Assembly (NCBI RefSeq): GCF_018350175.1
Contig: NC_058369.1
Coordinates: 26,476,001 to 26,540,000, forward strand
DNA length: 64,000 nt
Direction: 5' to 3'
Origin: Felis catus
Taxonomy: Eukaryota
In this document: one piece after another, positions 25,200 to 37,520 of the stretch
Layout: every line of letters starts with the position of its first letter
Position numbering within the stretch: the stretch's first letter is position 1
The notes under the pieces: generated by a model
What the model was told of the DNA's origin: nothing
The model's database searches: none
What the model saw: the letters and a program-made list of their open reading frames with translations, nothing else
Made by a program: the position numbers and the translations under genes

Positions 25200-25700
25200 A
25201 CCAAAGAAATGCACACTTGGGGCAACAATGCAGTATTTTTCACCTATCAGATTGGCAAAAATTAAAAAAAAAAAACGATACCTAGTATTGGAGACTGTTA
25301 GGATACCTAGTGTGGGGAAACGGACACTGCTGCACTCCTGGAGGGAGTGTTGGTAGTACAGTCTTCCTGCAGGGAAATGTGCACATCCCAATATCTACAC
25401 TTTTCCATTTCTAGGAATGTGCTTTCAGGAAGTAACTGAACATATGCACAAGGATATGTGCTCAAGGATTTACTTTAACCAGCATTATTTATTCATAATA
25501 GTAAAAAGATTGGCAATAGGGTGACTGTCTAGAGATAGGGGATTGATTAAACAGTGTTATCTCCATAAAAAGTAAAACAATCTTTGGCCAGAACTGATGC
25601 TGTAGACTTGTGTTTACTAACATGGAAGATATCCACTACCTCTATATGAAAATCAAGTGGAAAAAAAACAGGTTACAAAATAGTATTTGTAATTCCATTT
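25200..25700 (+). mobile_element. Old L1 (L1M/L1ME-like) fragment
   Basis: tttttcacctatcagattggcaaaaatta..gtggggaaacggacact..aaggatatgtgctcaaggat. Confidence 0.65.
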
Positions 25701-26339
25701 TTCCTGGTAACAAAATTGGTTGTATGTATATTATTACATATGCAGTATTATGCTATGGAGATAGCATATTAGATATATACATATGTTACACATATCAATT
25801 ATATATATGTTTACATGTATAGATATGTGTGTAAATGTGTCTACATATGTACATTATGTGAATTTATGTAGGAAATGTTTAGAAGGATATGAATGCAAAT
25901 GTCCCCAGTGATCATACTAAAGGGGTGGGAAATTTTATTCATTCATTCATTCACTCATTCACTCATTTTTGTCATTCTCTGCATTTCCTGAGGGGTTTAT
26001 TCATTTTTTGGCAATAAGCTTGTATTGTTTTTATACTAGGAAAAATTATATGTTAATATTAATTTATTAATATTAATTAATCAGCAAAGTAAGATGATAA
26101 ATTTGTCTCAACTGTGTTAGCCAGTCTAAGTGCAACTATCCTCTCATACCAAGACAGTCCACAACCCTTCTCCACTTTAGAATCCCTCTCTGATCCCAAT
26201 AATAATATTGTAATTATTAATTACAATAATAATAATGAGGAAGAGGAGGATCATGATGTCCATTTATTGGGCACACACTGCATGCCAGACATTGGCTGGA
26301 ACTTCACATGTATTCTTTCATTAGAGATGTAGATACTCT

Positions 26340-26780
26340 CATGTCTTTGGATTTCCTAGGAGAGCCTGAAATGGGGACTTTGTGCAAGTGATTTATTGAG
26401 GGAGGGCTCTCCTAGGAGGTCTCTGTGAAGGAGTAAGGGAGGGAAGAGGATGGGCAGGGTAAGTTCGGCAAAGATGGGGGTTCAGCTGAAGTCTAGTCTC
26501 AGTCTGACCCCACAAGGAGGTCTGGACTATACGTGGTACTACGTTGTCCTGCTTTGAGGCAAGAGGACTGGCCTTTTATCCCTCTACATTAGTTGGTCAT
26601 TGGTTGTAGGACAATGGGAAGGGATAACCAGGCAGATGGGCTCAAGCTCCCAAATACCTCTGGGAGAGGCACCTTCCATCAGCCAATCGTTCTAAGAGTG
26701 CAGCTGTTAGCTGCCAACGCTCACAGTACCTGGCGGCTGGGTGTGCTGGACTACTACAGGGCACCTGGGTAGAGCACTGA
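26340..26780. mobile_element. ERVL LTR (LTR16-like)
   Basis: gtgcaagtgatttattgaggga..ctgaccccacaaggaggtctgga..tttgaggcaagaggactggcctttta..gttggtcattggttgtagg. Confidence 0.6.
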
Positions 26781-28808
26781 CCTACATATTATTATCCCCA
26801 TTTTACAGATGGGGAAACAGACTCAGAGAGGTTGAATGACTTGCCCAAGGTTATTCAGTTGGTAAGAGATGGAGCCTGGTTTTAAACTCTGGCCCAAAGC
26901 TCTTGCTCTGAGCCCTGAAGCCAGACTGCTGGTAATTTCACTGCCCCAGCATGGGCCCCCTCCACTGGCTCTCCGTGCCTCACATTAGCGTCTCTGCCGA
27001 TAAGCAGTTCCAACCTGGGCTTTTGAAGAAGGGAGCCACAAAAAGCCTTTGTGTTTCTGCAGAGGTCCTTGAAGGTTGTATGTTGGTGGAGCTGGTTGCT
27101 AGGAGACATTTCTCAAGAAAGTTTCCTTTGGAAAATGAGCTCAGGCTTTGCCCATAGCCTCACACTATTATATCTGGGAGAGAGACATCTCAGCCTGTAT
27201 TTCCTCTATGGTATTAGCTGTGGATCCGATTCCTTCTCCAACTGGTTTTTCCAGGCCCCAGCCCAGAGTGTATCCTGGCTGAAAACAGCTCCTTGGCCAG
27301 ACAAACTCAGAATCATGGAGAGAAAGAGCCCTTTGAGATGACCTGCCTGCCTTCCTCATTATGCAAATGGAGAAACTGAGGCACAGGGAGTTGAGGAGCT
27401 CACCTTGTGAGCTAGTGGCAGGGTCATGATTTGTGTCTGATTATGGCACGAGGCAGCCCCCCCCCCCCCCCCCCCCGGTGTCTGAACCCTGTATGGTGAA
27501 GACAGCAGGAACTCCATATGTGAGGACAGGGTGCATTTCTCTTCATTAATCCTTGGGTTTCAAAGCCTTCTGTGGACAAATGATTACTTTGCTCAAATGG
27601 AGATGAGCAGCTGGCATTAACTGGGCATCTACTCTGTGCCAAAGCCTAGAGTAAGTAAGTGCTTTAAGGTCTTTATCTGCTAAATCTGACCTCTAGACCA
27701 CCTTGGGGTTCATTTCTACTGGCTGTTTTTTCCTTGACTAGAGATCATGTTTTCCTGTTTCTTTGCATGTCTAGAAAATTTTGATGGTATACTGGATATT
27801 GTGTGTGTGTGATGTGTTATAGAGACTCTTGATTCTGTTTCCTTTTGAAGAGTGTTAAGTTTTGTTTAAGCAGACAACACAATCAATAGCTGATCCTTTT
27901 GAAATCCCATGCCCTTCATTTTATACTTGATTAAGGGAGATTCATGCAAAGCTCGAGCTGTTTCCCAAGCCTCCCTAACTTGGCAGGACTCACCTTTAAA
28001 CTCTGGCCTCTGAGGATATTGAAGGATTTGGCTTTAGGTTTTGTTAGGGCAGGTCTAGAGGGGTCCTTACACTAGAGCATGGTCCTCACTGCGAGGGCAC
28101 AGCCTTTCCGGTGTCTCAGCTCAAAGCCTGAAGTGAAGGTCTCTCCAATGTCTGCCAGCACTGCTTGACTGGCAGGATCTGTTTGCTCTCCACTCCCGTA
28201 ACAGCTGGTCTCTGCTAAACCTTGGATGGTTTCATGCTGTGCACGCACAGCCCAGCCTTTGGGCAAGGACTTGTGGGGTGTGGGGGACCCCCACATAGAC
28301 TTCTGGGGCCCTGCAGCTATGCAGCTCCTTCCTCTCCAGTCCTATGATTCCTTCTTTTTTTATTGTCTCAGTTGCCCAAAGTTGAATCCCTGCCTCCTGA
28401 GCTCAGAGGGACTGTTGCATTCTGTTTAAGTTCCACTGCCCTGTGCCATGCCTGGGAGATTGTCCTAGGATGAGAGCCCAGGTGATGAGGGGCTCACCTT
28501 GTGAACCCCACTCCCTCAGAATCACAGTGTCTATTGTCCACTGCCTGCTCTCTGAAGACAACTGCCTCTGATTTTGAAGTGTTGTTTTTGGTGGGAGGAC
28601 TGGTCTGGCACCGGGTCCTTCATTACGGCTGGAAAGGGAAGTCTACCTCGTAGATGGACACTCTCTACATTTGTCTTGGAACGTTTACTAGGAGCCTGAG
28701 AAAAAGGGCTAATTAGCATCATTTAATAAGCAAGGAAATTGAGATTCAGGAGGGTGCAGTAACTTACCCCAATAGCAAAACAGGCCAAGTTACTGAAAAG
28801 AGTTTGCT

Positions 28809-29025
28809 AGGGGCACCTGGGTGGCTCAGTCTGTTAAGTGGCCGACTCTTGGTTTCGGCTTAGGCCAGGATCTCAGTTTCGTGAGTTTGAGCCCCACATC
28901 AGGCTCTGTGCTGACAGTGCAGAACCTGCTTTGTATTCTCTCTGTCTCCCTCTTTCTCTCTGCCCCTCCCCTACCCATGGTATCTCTGCTTCTCTCAAAA
29001 TAAATAAATAAGCTTAAAAAAAAAA
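28809..29025 (+). mobile_element. CAN-SINE, TSD aaaagagtt(t/g)gctag
   Basis: Canonical structure and flanking repeat. Confidence 0.93.
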
Positions 29026-29699
29026 GAGTTGGCTAGATTTCAGAGCCCATATTTTGTCCTTGTACTTTCAGTGGAAAAGATAAAATAAAAACTAAATTTC
29101 ACAGTTACCATCACCAAAACAGCAGTGTGTTCTGAGCCAGTTCACCTATTTTCCTATATCCCATCTCTCACCATGTACCTTTATTCCTGTTTCTGCCACC
29201 GGCCCCTGTTCTGGCTGTTGTCCCCGTTCACAGGGAGGATTATAGTTGTCTCCTACGGGGCTTCTATTGTATTCTTCCTAGAACACTTTTGCTGTCTTAT
29301 TCTCTTGCTCCATGACTTCAGTGGCTCCCTGTGACTCATGGCCCTTCCCAAAGTGTAGAATTGGGAACTGCACCTTAGGGAATGCTATACCTCACAGCTC
29401 TCCTCTTGGAGATTCACGGCTGGAGGTGTGAACATGAAGAGGCTCTGTAGGAAAGAGACCTGTTTAATTGGGCTTCACCCAGTCTGTTGATCCTGAAACC
29501 TTTAGCTCATCTAACCCCTATTAAAATCTTGTGGAACATATTAGAAAACTTTGGACCACAGAGTAAAGGCTAGTATTTTCTGTCTGCATTCCAGTCCTAC
29601 ATTTCAACCTACTCTTTCAATTTCATTTTCCATGACTTCTTGTCACAAGTCACCCTCCCCCCGTACCTATTTCCCCCTCCAGTCTTCATACCCCTCTAG

Positions 29700-29935
29700 C
29701 TGTAAGAATGATATAAGCCTGCAGCTGCTGGGAGTTTCCCTGGAGGGGGACTGGTCCAGCAATGAGGTCAACCAGAGGAAAGTGGAACCATGAGGAAGAG
29801 AGGGACCAGGTCCATTTAAGACCCTGGATGCAGCCTTGCCTGAAGCCATTTCTCCTAGACTTTCAGTAATAAGAACTGATGAATTATTTTTCTTTCCCTC
29901 TTGACTCCAGACTCCTGCAACCAAAAGAGCAAACA
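29700..29935 (+). mobile_element. MaLR LTR fragment (old MLT1-like)
   Basis: ccctggatgcagccttgcctgaagcca..ctagactttcagt..tgcaaccaaaagag. Confidence 0.55.
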
Positions 29936-32900
29936 ACAGCCTGAGAATCCTATGCAGGGCTCTTTCCAGAACAGCTCCGTCCTCATGCCTTAAATAACAA
30001 CAATTAACCTAAGAGCCAGGCACCTCACCTGTACCAAACCTGCAAGGTGATAAAAATATCCCCAATTTACAGATGAAGAAACTGGGGCTCAGGGAGGTTG
30101 AGCCACTTGCCCAAAGTCCCACAGCTGGCAGGTGGGAGAGCTGAGATTTGCCTCCTGCATCTGGAAGGAACCACCTAGTCCACAGCATGCAAACCTGGCC
30201 TGGATTCTAACTACCCAGACTCTCACGGAAGTGGCATGGGAGACACCTGGTTTTTCTGGAACGGGGCAAAGGCAAGGAAATCAGCAGTGAGACCTGGCCC
30301 CAGATCCCATTACGCCAGGGGAGATCACGTTTCCCCCGTTCCGGCGCCATGAGCAGGGCAGAGAAGCGGGCAGGCAGCCACTTCCCTGGTTATTCAAGTA
30401 GAAAATTACAGGTGCCCAAAATAGCCTGGGCATTCTTTTATTTATGAATAAGCAGCAACTCTGTGAAGCTGGAATGGGGCTTATATGTATTTCTTTCCTT
30501 TGACCACCTTCCTGAGATCTGCAGAGATCCCTAGTTCTTTCGGGGGGCTCTCTCAGGAGTTGGGGGAGCTGGCAGGATTGGCGTGGAGGTGTTTTCAGGG
30601 TACGGTGATGAAAAAAGGAGAAATGAGGCCTCACCATGCAGGGGCTGGGGATGCCCCAGTCCTGAGGCTTGAGTTCCCAGAGGGTGCAGGGGATGGGATA
30701 GTAGACCTAGGTCTGTCCCAGCTATCCTCTGCTGTGTGGCCTTAGGCAAATGGCTTACCCCCTCTGGGCCTCTATTTCTTCTGTAAAATCGAATGAGTCC
30801 TAAATGCACAGAAAAGTGTATTTTCTTCTGAGCATAAAATTAATACTTGCTCATTGTAGACAATGTAGAAAGTGCAGAAAAAAAAAAAAACCCAAAAAAC
30901 AAAAAAAAACCAAACCAACACAACCCCACACAAAAATGACCATTATATCCCCCATTGTCTCTCCCTAATTAAGATAATCAGGATTAACCTTTGGTATATA
31001 TCCTTCCAGTCTTTCTTTCCATGCATGCATTTAAAAAACGGTTGGTAGAGCACAATACCTGAGCCACTGTGCTCTGAAAATGGAACCCTCACTTATATTA
31101 CAGTCAACAAGTATTAGTCAGTCAATAGACATTATTGAGCACCGTCCTTGGCCCTGGGTGGCTTGGAGACAGCTTTACTCCAACATCCCCTACATCCTCT
31201 TTCTGTTTGTCCAGCCCTCCGGCAACAACCCCAACCCTGGGTCCTCCCTCAGAAGCACCTGAGGGGTTAGTGAGGCGGGAAAGTCATTTTGCAGTCTCAG
31301 ACGTGGACGTGGAGCCCAAGGTGGGGCCTGCAACCTGCTGGTGCGGACATCTGTGACCTTGCCCTCCGGCAGGCCTGTGCACAGAAGGGCTGGCCTGGCC
31401 ATGGCGTCTGGACCTCTGACTGTCCTCCCTGCTGCCCTCTCCCGGGGCTGTGTGTTGACTAGTTGATATGTAAAGGGTGCCTGGCACATAGTGTACAATC
31501 AATAAGTCTCAGCTGCTGATAGGACTGTTACATCATTACTATTCCTAGTGGGGTCTAGGCAGCCTGAGGCCATTCCCTCTCAGAGACTCTGGTTGGTAAT
31601 GAATCTGAGGAGACAGCTGAGTCACTTGCAGGATGGAAATAACAAGAGCATTAATGACGACCGCTTCCATTTATCGGGGCAGCACCTCGCTGAATCATTC
31701 CATTTGCTGCTTACAGCCACCCGAGTAAATGAGTGTCATCAGTGCCCACGCACAGGTGAGGAAACCGAGGCTCAGAGATTTCAGTTAACTCTCCCAAGGC
31801 CACACAGCTGGCAGGTGGCTAACAGGGACTTCATGCCAGATTTGTCCTGTGCAGGATCCCTGGTCCCTGAGGCTCAGCCTGTTGGGATGAGGAAAGCCTG
31901 GTCTCTGCCCCTGGCGTGCTCACCTGCTGGTGGCAGACGCCCTGATTTGGAACTTTAAGTTCCCTGTGTTTGCTGAGGGGTAGAGGGAACTCCGGGGTCA
32001 GAGGGAGCTCCGGAGTCCAGCTCTGGCTGGAGGCTCTGGGGTCAGACGGCCTTCGTATAGATTCCTACTCCGACACCTTTGAGCTTTGTCACCTACCTAA
32101 CTTCTCCCCGCCTCAGTTTCTCACCTGGAAAGTGTGGATAATCAAAGAGTTGGCAGAGGCTGGAGCTGGATGACATGAAGCTCTTAGCACAGGTGTGGGG
32201 TGTAGTAAGTGCTCAATAAATACAGTGTTAATCACTTTCTCACTGATGTTATTCCCAGGGGACTTACTGAATTTCCAAAGGCCACCTTCCTTTGCACCAG
32301 AGTGGTGGGCAGGGCTGTGGCTGGTGTAGTTCAAGGAAACCCCAGCCTCCCGCCAGCACTTGGGGTTGGCTGCTTTGTGCCAGATGCTGCCCTCGGGCTG
32401 GGCTGCTGCAGACACGAGCCCCCGTGTGAGAGGAGGTGGCAGGAAAGAGGGGTTCCTGCCCAAAGGCTCCCCTTCACCCACTCTACTTCCCCCTCCCAAC
32501 CAGGGATCAGCAGAATTTTGACAGCCAGCCTTGCCCTCCAGAGATGGTGCTGTTCTGAGCTACGGCACTCTAGCAGGGCCAGCCACGATCGTGATGTTTG
32601 CCCACCCTGGATGGCTCCTTCAGCCCGTAGGCACTCTTGATTTTCTGCAGTGCGTGTTTATAGGCGGGACCCTGACACGGGCTCAGCCCAGAGAGCCTTG
32701 ACAACCTGACGGAGAAAAGCGGGGGAACTGCCGCTTCCGGGCTTGATTCCCGGGCTCTGGGTGGCCCACCCATGGCCCTGGGCGGTGATGTTCGGGCAAG
32801 TGTGTGGTTCAGATGGTGGGCTCTGAGGCGGCCTCCTGGGTCCGATCCCTAGGTTCACCACTGACCTACTGTGTGGCTTGGAAAGGCCCCTGACCTCTCT

Positions 32901-34195
32901 GAGCTGTTTCCTGTCCGTAAAATGAGGGTAACTGCAGCACCAACTTAATGGGGTTGTTGTGAGATGGTGCTGTGTAAAGTACTCGGATGGTGCCTGCCAC
33001 GTGATGATTAACTAAATGGGAAATGATTATTTCCTTGAAATGAAGTTGTTGGAAACCCTGTGGTCCGAGGTGCCAAACTGCTCTGTGTGAGAATGAAGAA
33101 ATCCAGGAGACAAGTCACACTGTGTGGGTTGTGTTTCCTGCAGCAGTGATTCTCGACTCTGGAAACAACCTCCCATAAGGGTCTGATGGCCACGTTCCCC
33201 GTCGCTGGAAAGTCTGTCTGTCCTCACGTGCACACAGCGTTTTCCACCCAACTTCATAGAAACTCACCCAGCCACCTAAATGTGGAATTCATCCCAGGAA
33301 AAGGACATAGGATGTCTATCAGGGCGTGGAAGAATAAAAGAATAACTTAAATTCTCTCAAATCAAAGATTCTTCAAGCCGATCGTGGCATGTCTGTATCA
33401 GGGGAATACTATGTACCCACAAAGAAGGGATTGACATGAAAGGATGCCCCCCACCCCAGGGTTGAGTGCCCCAGGGCCATTACCTCCCTGTGAATGGGGG
33501 AGGGAGGGAAACGGGAGGAGGCCCCACTCTCTGGAGACCATCTCTACCCAGCCCTCCCAAGGAGCTCAGCCTCCCATGACTGTCGAATCCTCACTCTGGG
33601 ATTGTGGAGCCTTTGCTGGGCAGGAGGCAAAGGCAGGAAACTTTAGCCCTTACAGCCGGTCTGAGGTCTACATGTCACGCCTGCCGCACACAGCTTGCTG
33701 GCTCGGCTCCTGCTGGCGCTATGGCCCAGGGAGGCAGCCCGGAGGCTCCTGGCCGCAGCACATCAGGCTGGGGGCAGGCAGAGGGGTGCCCGCAGACCAC
33801 GGTGCCAGTGGGCAGGACTGGACCCATGAAGTCACCCCAGGATGTCTCTCCCTCTCTCCACTGTTAACCTGGCTGAGACCGATGAGACACCCTTGGAAAA
33901 ACTGCCACTGGAACTTTCCACTAACCTGGCTCTGGAATGACAGGATTCGGAGGAGAGGGAAGCCCATGGCCATTTCATGGCCAACTTCTTAGCTGACTGT
34001 CTGTGAGTCAGACGACACTCACAGAGAGATGTTTGTAGTGCACAGGTTAAAAATAATTCCAGTGCCTCCAGGCTGTGGGATCTGGGAGTCCTGCTTAGAA
34101 TTTTTTTGCACGGATATTTATGAGTGGATTGGACTGTGATTTTCTTTTCTTTAACTGTCCTTGTTTAATTTTGATATCACAGTTATTTTATCATA

Positions 34196-34300
34196 GGGGC
34201 ACCTGGCTGGCTCTCAGTAGAGCATGTGACTCTCGGTCTTGGGGTTGTGAGTTCGAGCCCCACGTTGGGTGTAGAGATTACTTAAAAATAAAATCTTTGA
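34196..34300 (+). mobile_element. Short carnivore tRNA-derived SINE lacking the CT tract
   Basis: ggggcacctggctggctctcagtagagcatgtgactc..gttcgagccccacgttgggtgtagagattacttaaaaataaaatcttt. Flanks agttattt(t)tatcata. Confidence 0.85.
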
Positions 34301-35347
34301 AAATAAAATGCAAAAAGTTATTTTATCATAAAAAAGGTGGGAAGTGTTCTCTCATTTTCTGCTGTTTAGAAGACAGAGTATAAAACCAAACTGATGAATT
34401 ACTTTAAAGCTTAATAGAACACACCTATAAAAATGATGATCTGATGGTTTCTTTATGGGGAGATTAACCCATGGCTCAATTTCTTAAAGTGTTACTAACT
34501 ACTCAGTTTGCTTATTACTCCTTAAGCCAGTTGTTCAGCAATGTTTTCTAGATGTTTCTAGAGAGTTTAAAATTGTACAGGCGTAAAGTCAGCTGTATCA
34601 TTTTCTGCCATCTTCTTCAAAAAACCAACTTTGAGCCATACTGATCTTTGTTATCACATATTTGTTTTCCAGTTCTTTCATTTCTGCTCTAATTTTTATT
34701 TTCCAGTTACTTCTGGAAACTACTGGAACTACTTCCTGTTACTAGTTTTTTAGATTGGTTCTGCTGTTCTTTTACCAACTGCTTAACTTTGACATTTGGC
34801 TCATTAAATCTCAGCCTTCTTTTCTATCTGCTTTTAAGGTTATAAACTTCTCCTTAAATACTGGGTTATCTGTGTTTTGATATACAGTATCTTTATGACC
34901 ACTGAGGTCTGAAGATTTTCTTGATCCCTTCATTGATCAATCTAGAAGTGTTTCCTATCTTCCAAACAAATATATTTTAGTTTCTTTTTTGTTTATTATT
35001 GTCCTTTAATTATGTTGTTGACCTATACCATGATGGGTAGGATACAGATGTTTTGGTATCCGGATTTGTTTTGTAACCTAGAATGTGGTCAACATTTGTA
35101 AATACTCCATGAGTGCTTGAAAACGTTTGATAGGTTTCCAAACACATCTTTTAAGTCAAATCTGCTTTAAAAAAAAAAAAAGAAAGCAAAACCGTAATGA
35201 GACACTAGTATCTATCCATCAGGGTCACAAAAAATTAAAAAGCGTGAAAAGTAGAAAACATTGGCAAAGATGTGGGGTAGTTGAACACTGATACACTGTC
35301 TGTGGGCATGTAGTTTGCTGTAACCGGTCTCCTTTATCTAGAAAAGG

Positions 35348-35842
35348 TGTGAAGGGCGGCAGCATAGGTGACCCCAAACTATGCCGCTTTGGCATAAGGA
35401 TTATTTTGAGCTAGAGACACTTGAAAAACAGCAGGTACAAGAAGGGTACTCTGCCCCCACCTCATCTTCCTGAAAGCAGGAGATAAGACTCCGGTGTCAA
35501 AGATGCCTTCCCTACACCAGGAGGAAAGAAACATTTTTATCACCAGAGACGGGATGGAGCTGAGAGAAATCTATACAAACAGATCTTGTTAAGATAACCC
35601 TTGTCTTCCTTTAATCTCTCCGTATGTTTCAGTCACTTTCCCACAATTGCTATTTTTTGTTCCACTTGGTGGAGAAGCACTTGGGTCTGTGTGCTTTTGG
35701 GGGCTTTGTTTTCCAATGGGGACTCTCATGAACCTGTGAAAATCTCTAAGCTTTTCTCCTATTAACCTGTCTTAGGTTGATTTAATTCTCAGTCTTAGCC
35801 AGATACCCTAAGAGGGTAGAGGTAAAATTTGTTCCCTCGGAC
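35348..35842 (+). mobile_element. Solo ERV1-type LTR (MER34-like)
   Basis: ccccaaactatgccgctttggcataaggattattttgagct..gcttttctcctattaacctgtctt..agagggtagaggtaaaattt. Confidence 0.7.
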
Positions 35843-37079
35843 TTAGTGATCCCACTTCTGGGTCCACAGCTGAGGGACACATGGGTCCCCTGAGACAGAG
35901 AGAGAGAGAAAATTCACAGCAACATTAGCGTAATGGCACTTGATCACTTTGTGGAATACCAGTGCCAGTTCAAGTCCTGAACCTGTGGTTGGCAGAAACA
36001 TCTCTATCGTTTTGAGATCTTGTTTTTTCTTCCTCGGCTCTGGGGCTGTTGGGGGTAGAGGGCTTCAGGGGTAGAGGATATCAGGACATCAGGAAGGGGG
36101 CTGTTGGTCTGTGGGGACATTTCCATGCTGGCATCTCAGTATAGTCATTTGTAGCTAGCATAATTTGAATTTCTGATTTGTTGGCAGCTAATGGTGAAGG
36201 CCTGTGAGAAGGATGCCTCTTCCTAATTCCTGTCAGTCAGTCATTGTGGCCTGTACTCTCTGTCTCCCTGAGCACACTGTGACTGCCTCAGGCCTGACGC
36301 AGCATCTGGCTCGGAGCGGATGCTCAGGAAATATTTATGGAGTGAAGGAGTGAGTTCCCTCTATGACAGCTATGGATTCATTAATTTATTCACTCATTCA
36401 CTCATACCTATCGTATATCCAACCTGCACTAGGTCCTGAGCGTCCAGAATGAGTGACAGGTAAGGTCCCTGCCCTCAGAAAGCTGACAGGCTGGTTGGGA
36501 AAGCCAAGTATGAAACAGTTAAAGAAATAACCAAAGAAGGTGATTTCAGATGGTGGTAAGTTCTGCGGAGCTCCTACAAGACTGGAGACAAAGATGGGGG
36601 TACTTAGCTAGGACGGGGGGTGGGGGGTTGGGGAAGGCCTCTCTGAGCTGAGCCCTGCACAGGCCAGCCCTGGGGAGAGCCAGGGAAGAGTGCACCAGGA
36701 AGGAGGAACAGCAGAGGCAATGGCTCTGAGGTGGGGAAGAGCTTGGTGGGTCGGAGAAACACACAGAGTCCAGCATGGCTGGATTAGAGTGAGTGAGAGC
36801 CAGTGTCACAGGAGGCCACAGAGGGGGCCACATGGGGGTCACAGAGGGCCTGGTGGTTGTGGATTTCCATGTATCTGCTCTCCAAGGGTTTTACCCAGGA
36901 GAAGGGAGGACTAGGCCTGGAATCAAAATGACATGTGGGAAGTCACCCCACTGGACAGGAGCTAAAGGGACCTGAGGCCCCAGGAGAGCCGCTGGCAGAG
37001 GATGGATGAGTTCCAGCTATGCTAATGTATAACTTTAGATGCGTAAGAAGAGTAGAGGTCCAGTGGGGTGAGGGTCACA

Positions 37080-37520
37080 GTTATGGGTTGCATTGTGTCC
37101 CCCCAAAGAGATATGTTGAAATCCTAGCCCCTGTACCTGTGGAGGTCACCTTAGTTAGAAGTAGGGTCTTTGAAGACGTAATCAAGTTAAAATGAGGTCA
37201 TTAGGGTGGGCACTAAGCGAGTATGACCGGTGTCCTTATAAGCAGAGGAGATGAGACACAGACAGACAGGAGAATGCCACGTAATAGTGGCGGTGGCAGA
37301 GACTGGAGTGATGTATTTACAAGCCACAGAGCAACAAGGGTGGCTCACAGCACCAGAACTAAGAGAAAGGCAAACAACAGATTCTCCCCTAGAGGCTTAT
37401 GGGATCACAGTCCCGCCAACAGCTTGACTTCAGGCTTCTAGGCTCTGGAACAAATTTCTGTTGTTTTCAGCCACCTAATTTATGGTAGGTAGGTGGTCGG
37501 GGCGGCCCTAGGAAACCAGT
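37080..37520 (+). mobile_element. MaLR solo LTR (MLT1-type)
   Basis: gttatgggttgcattgtgtcccccc..aatagggtcttt-like..tcaagttaaaatgaggtcattagggtggg..aaatttctgttgttttcagccacc..gccctaggaaac. Confidence 0.85.

Noticed and set aside
33444..33992. 182-aa ORF (similarly 42414-42968, 39434-39925, 45802-46266)
   Set aside because: Low-complexity P/G/S/W-rich translations with no recognisable domain or splice support; typical of GC-rich intronic DNA.
34196..34275. tRNA-like sequences with A/B boxes (also 58405-58480)
   Set aside because: SINE heads with A-rich tails; no intact cloverleaf evident.
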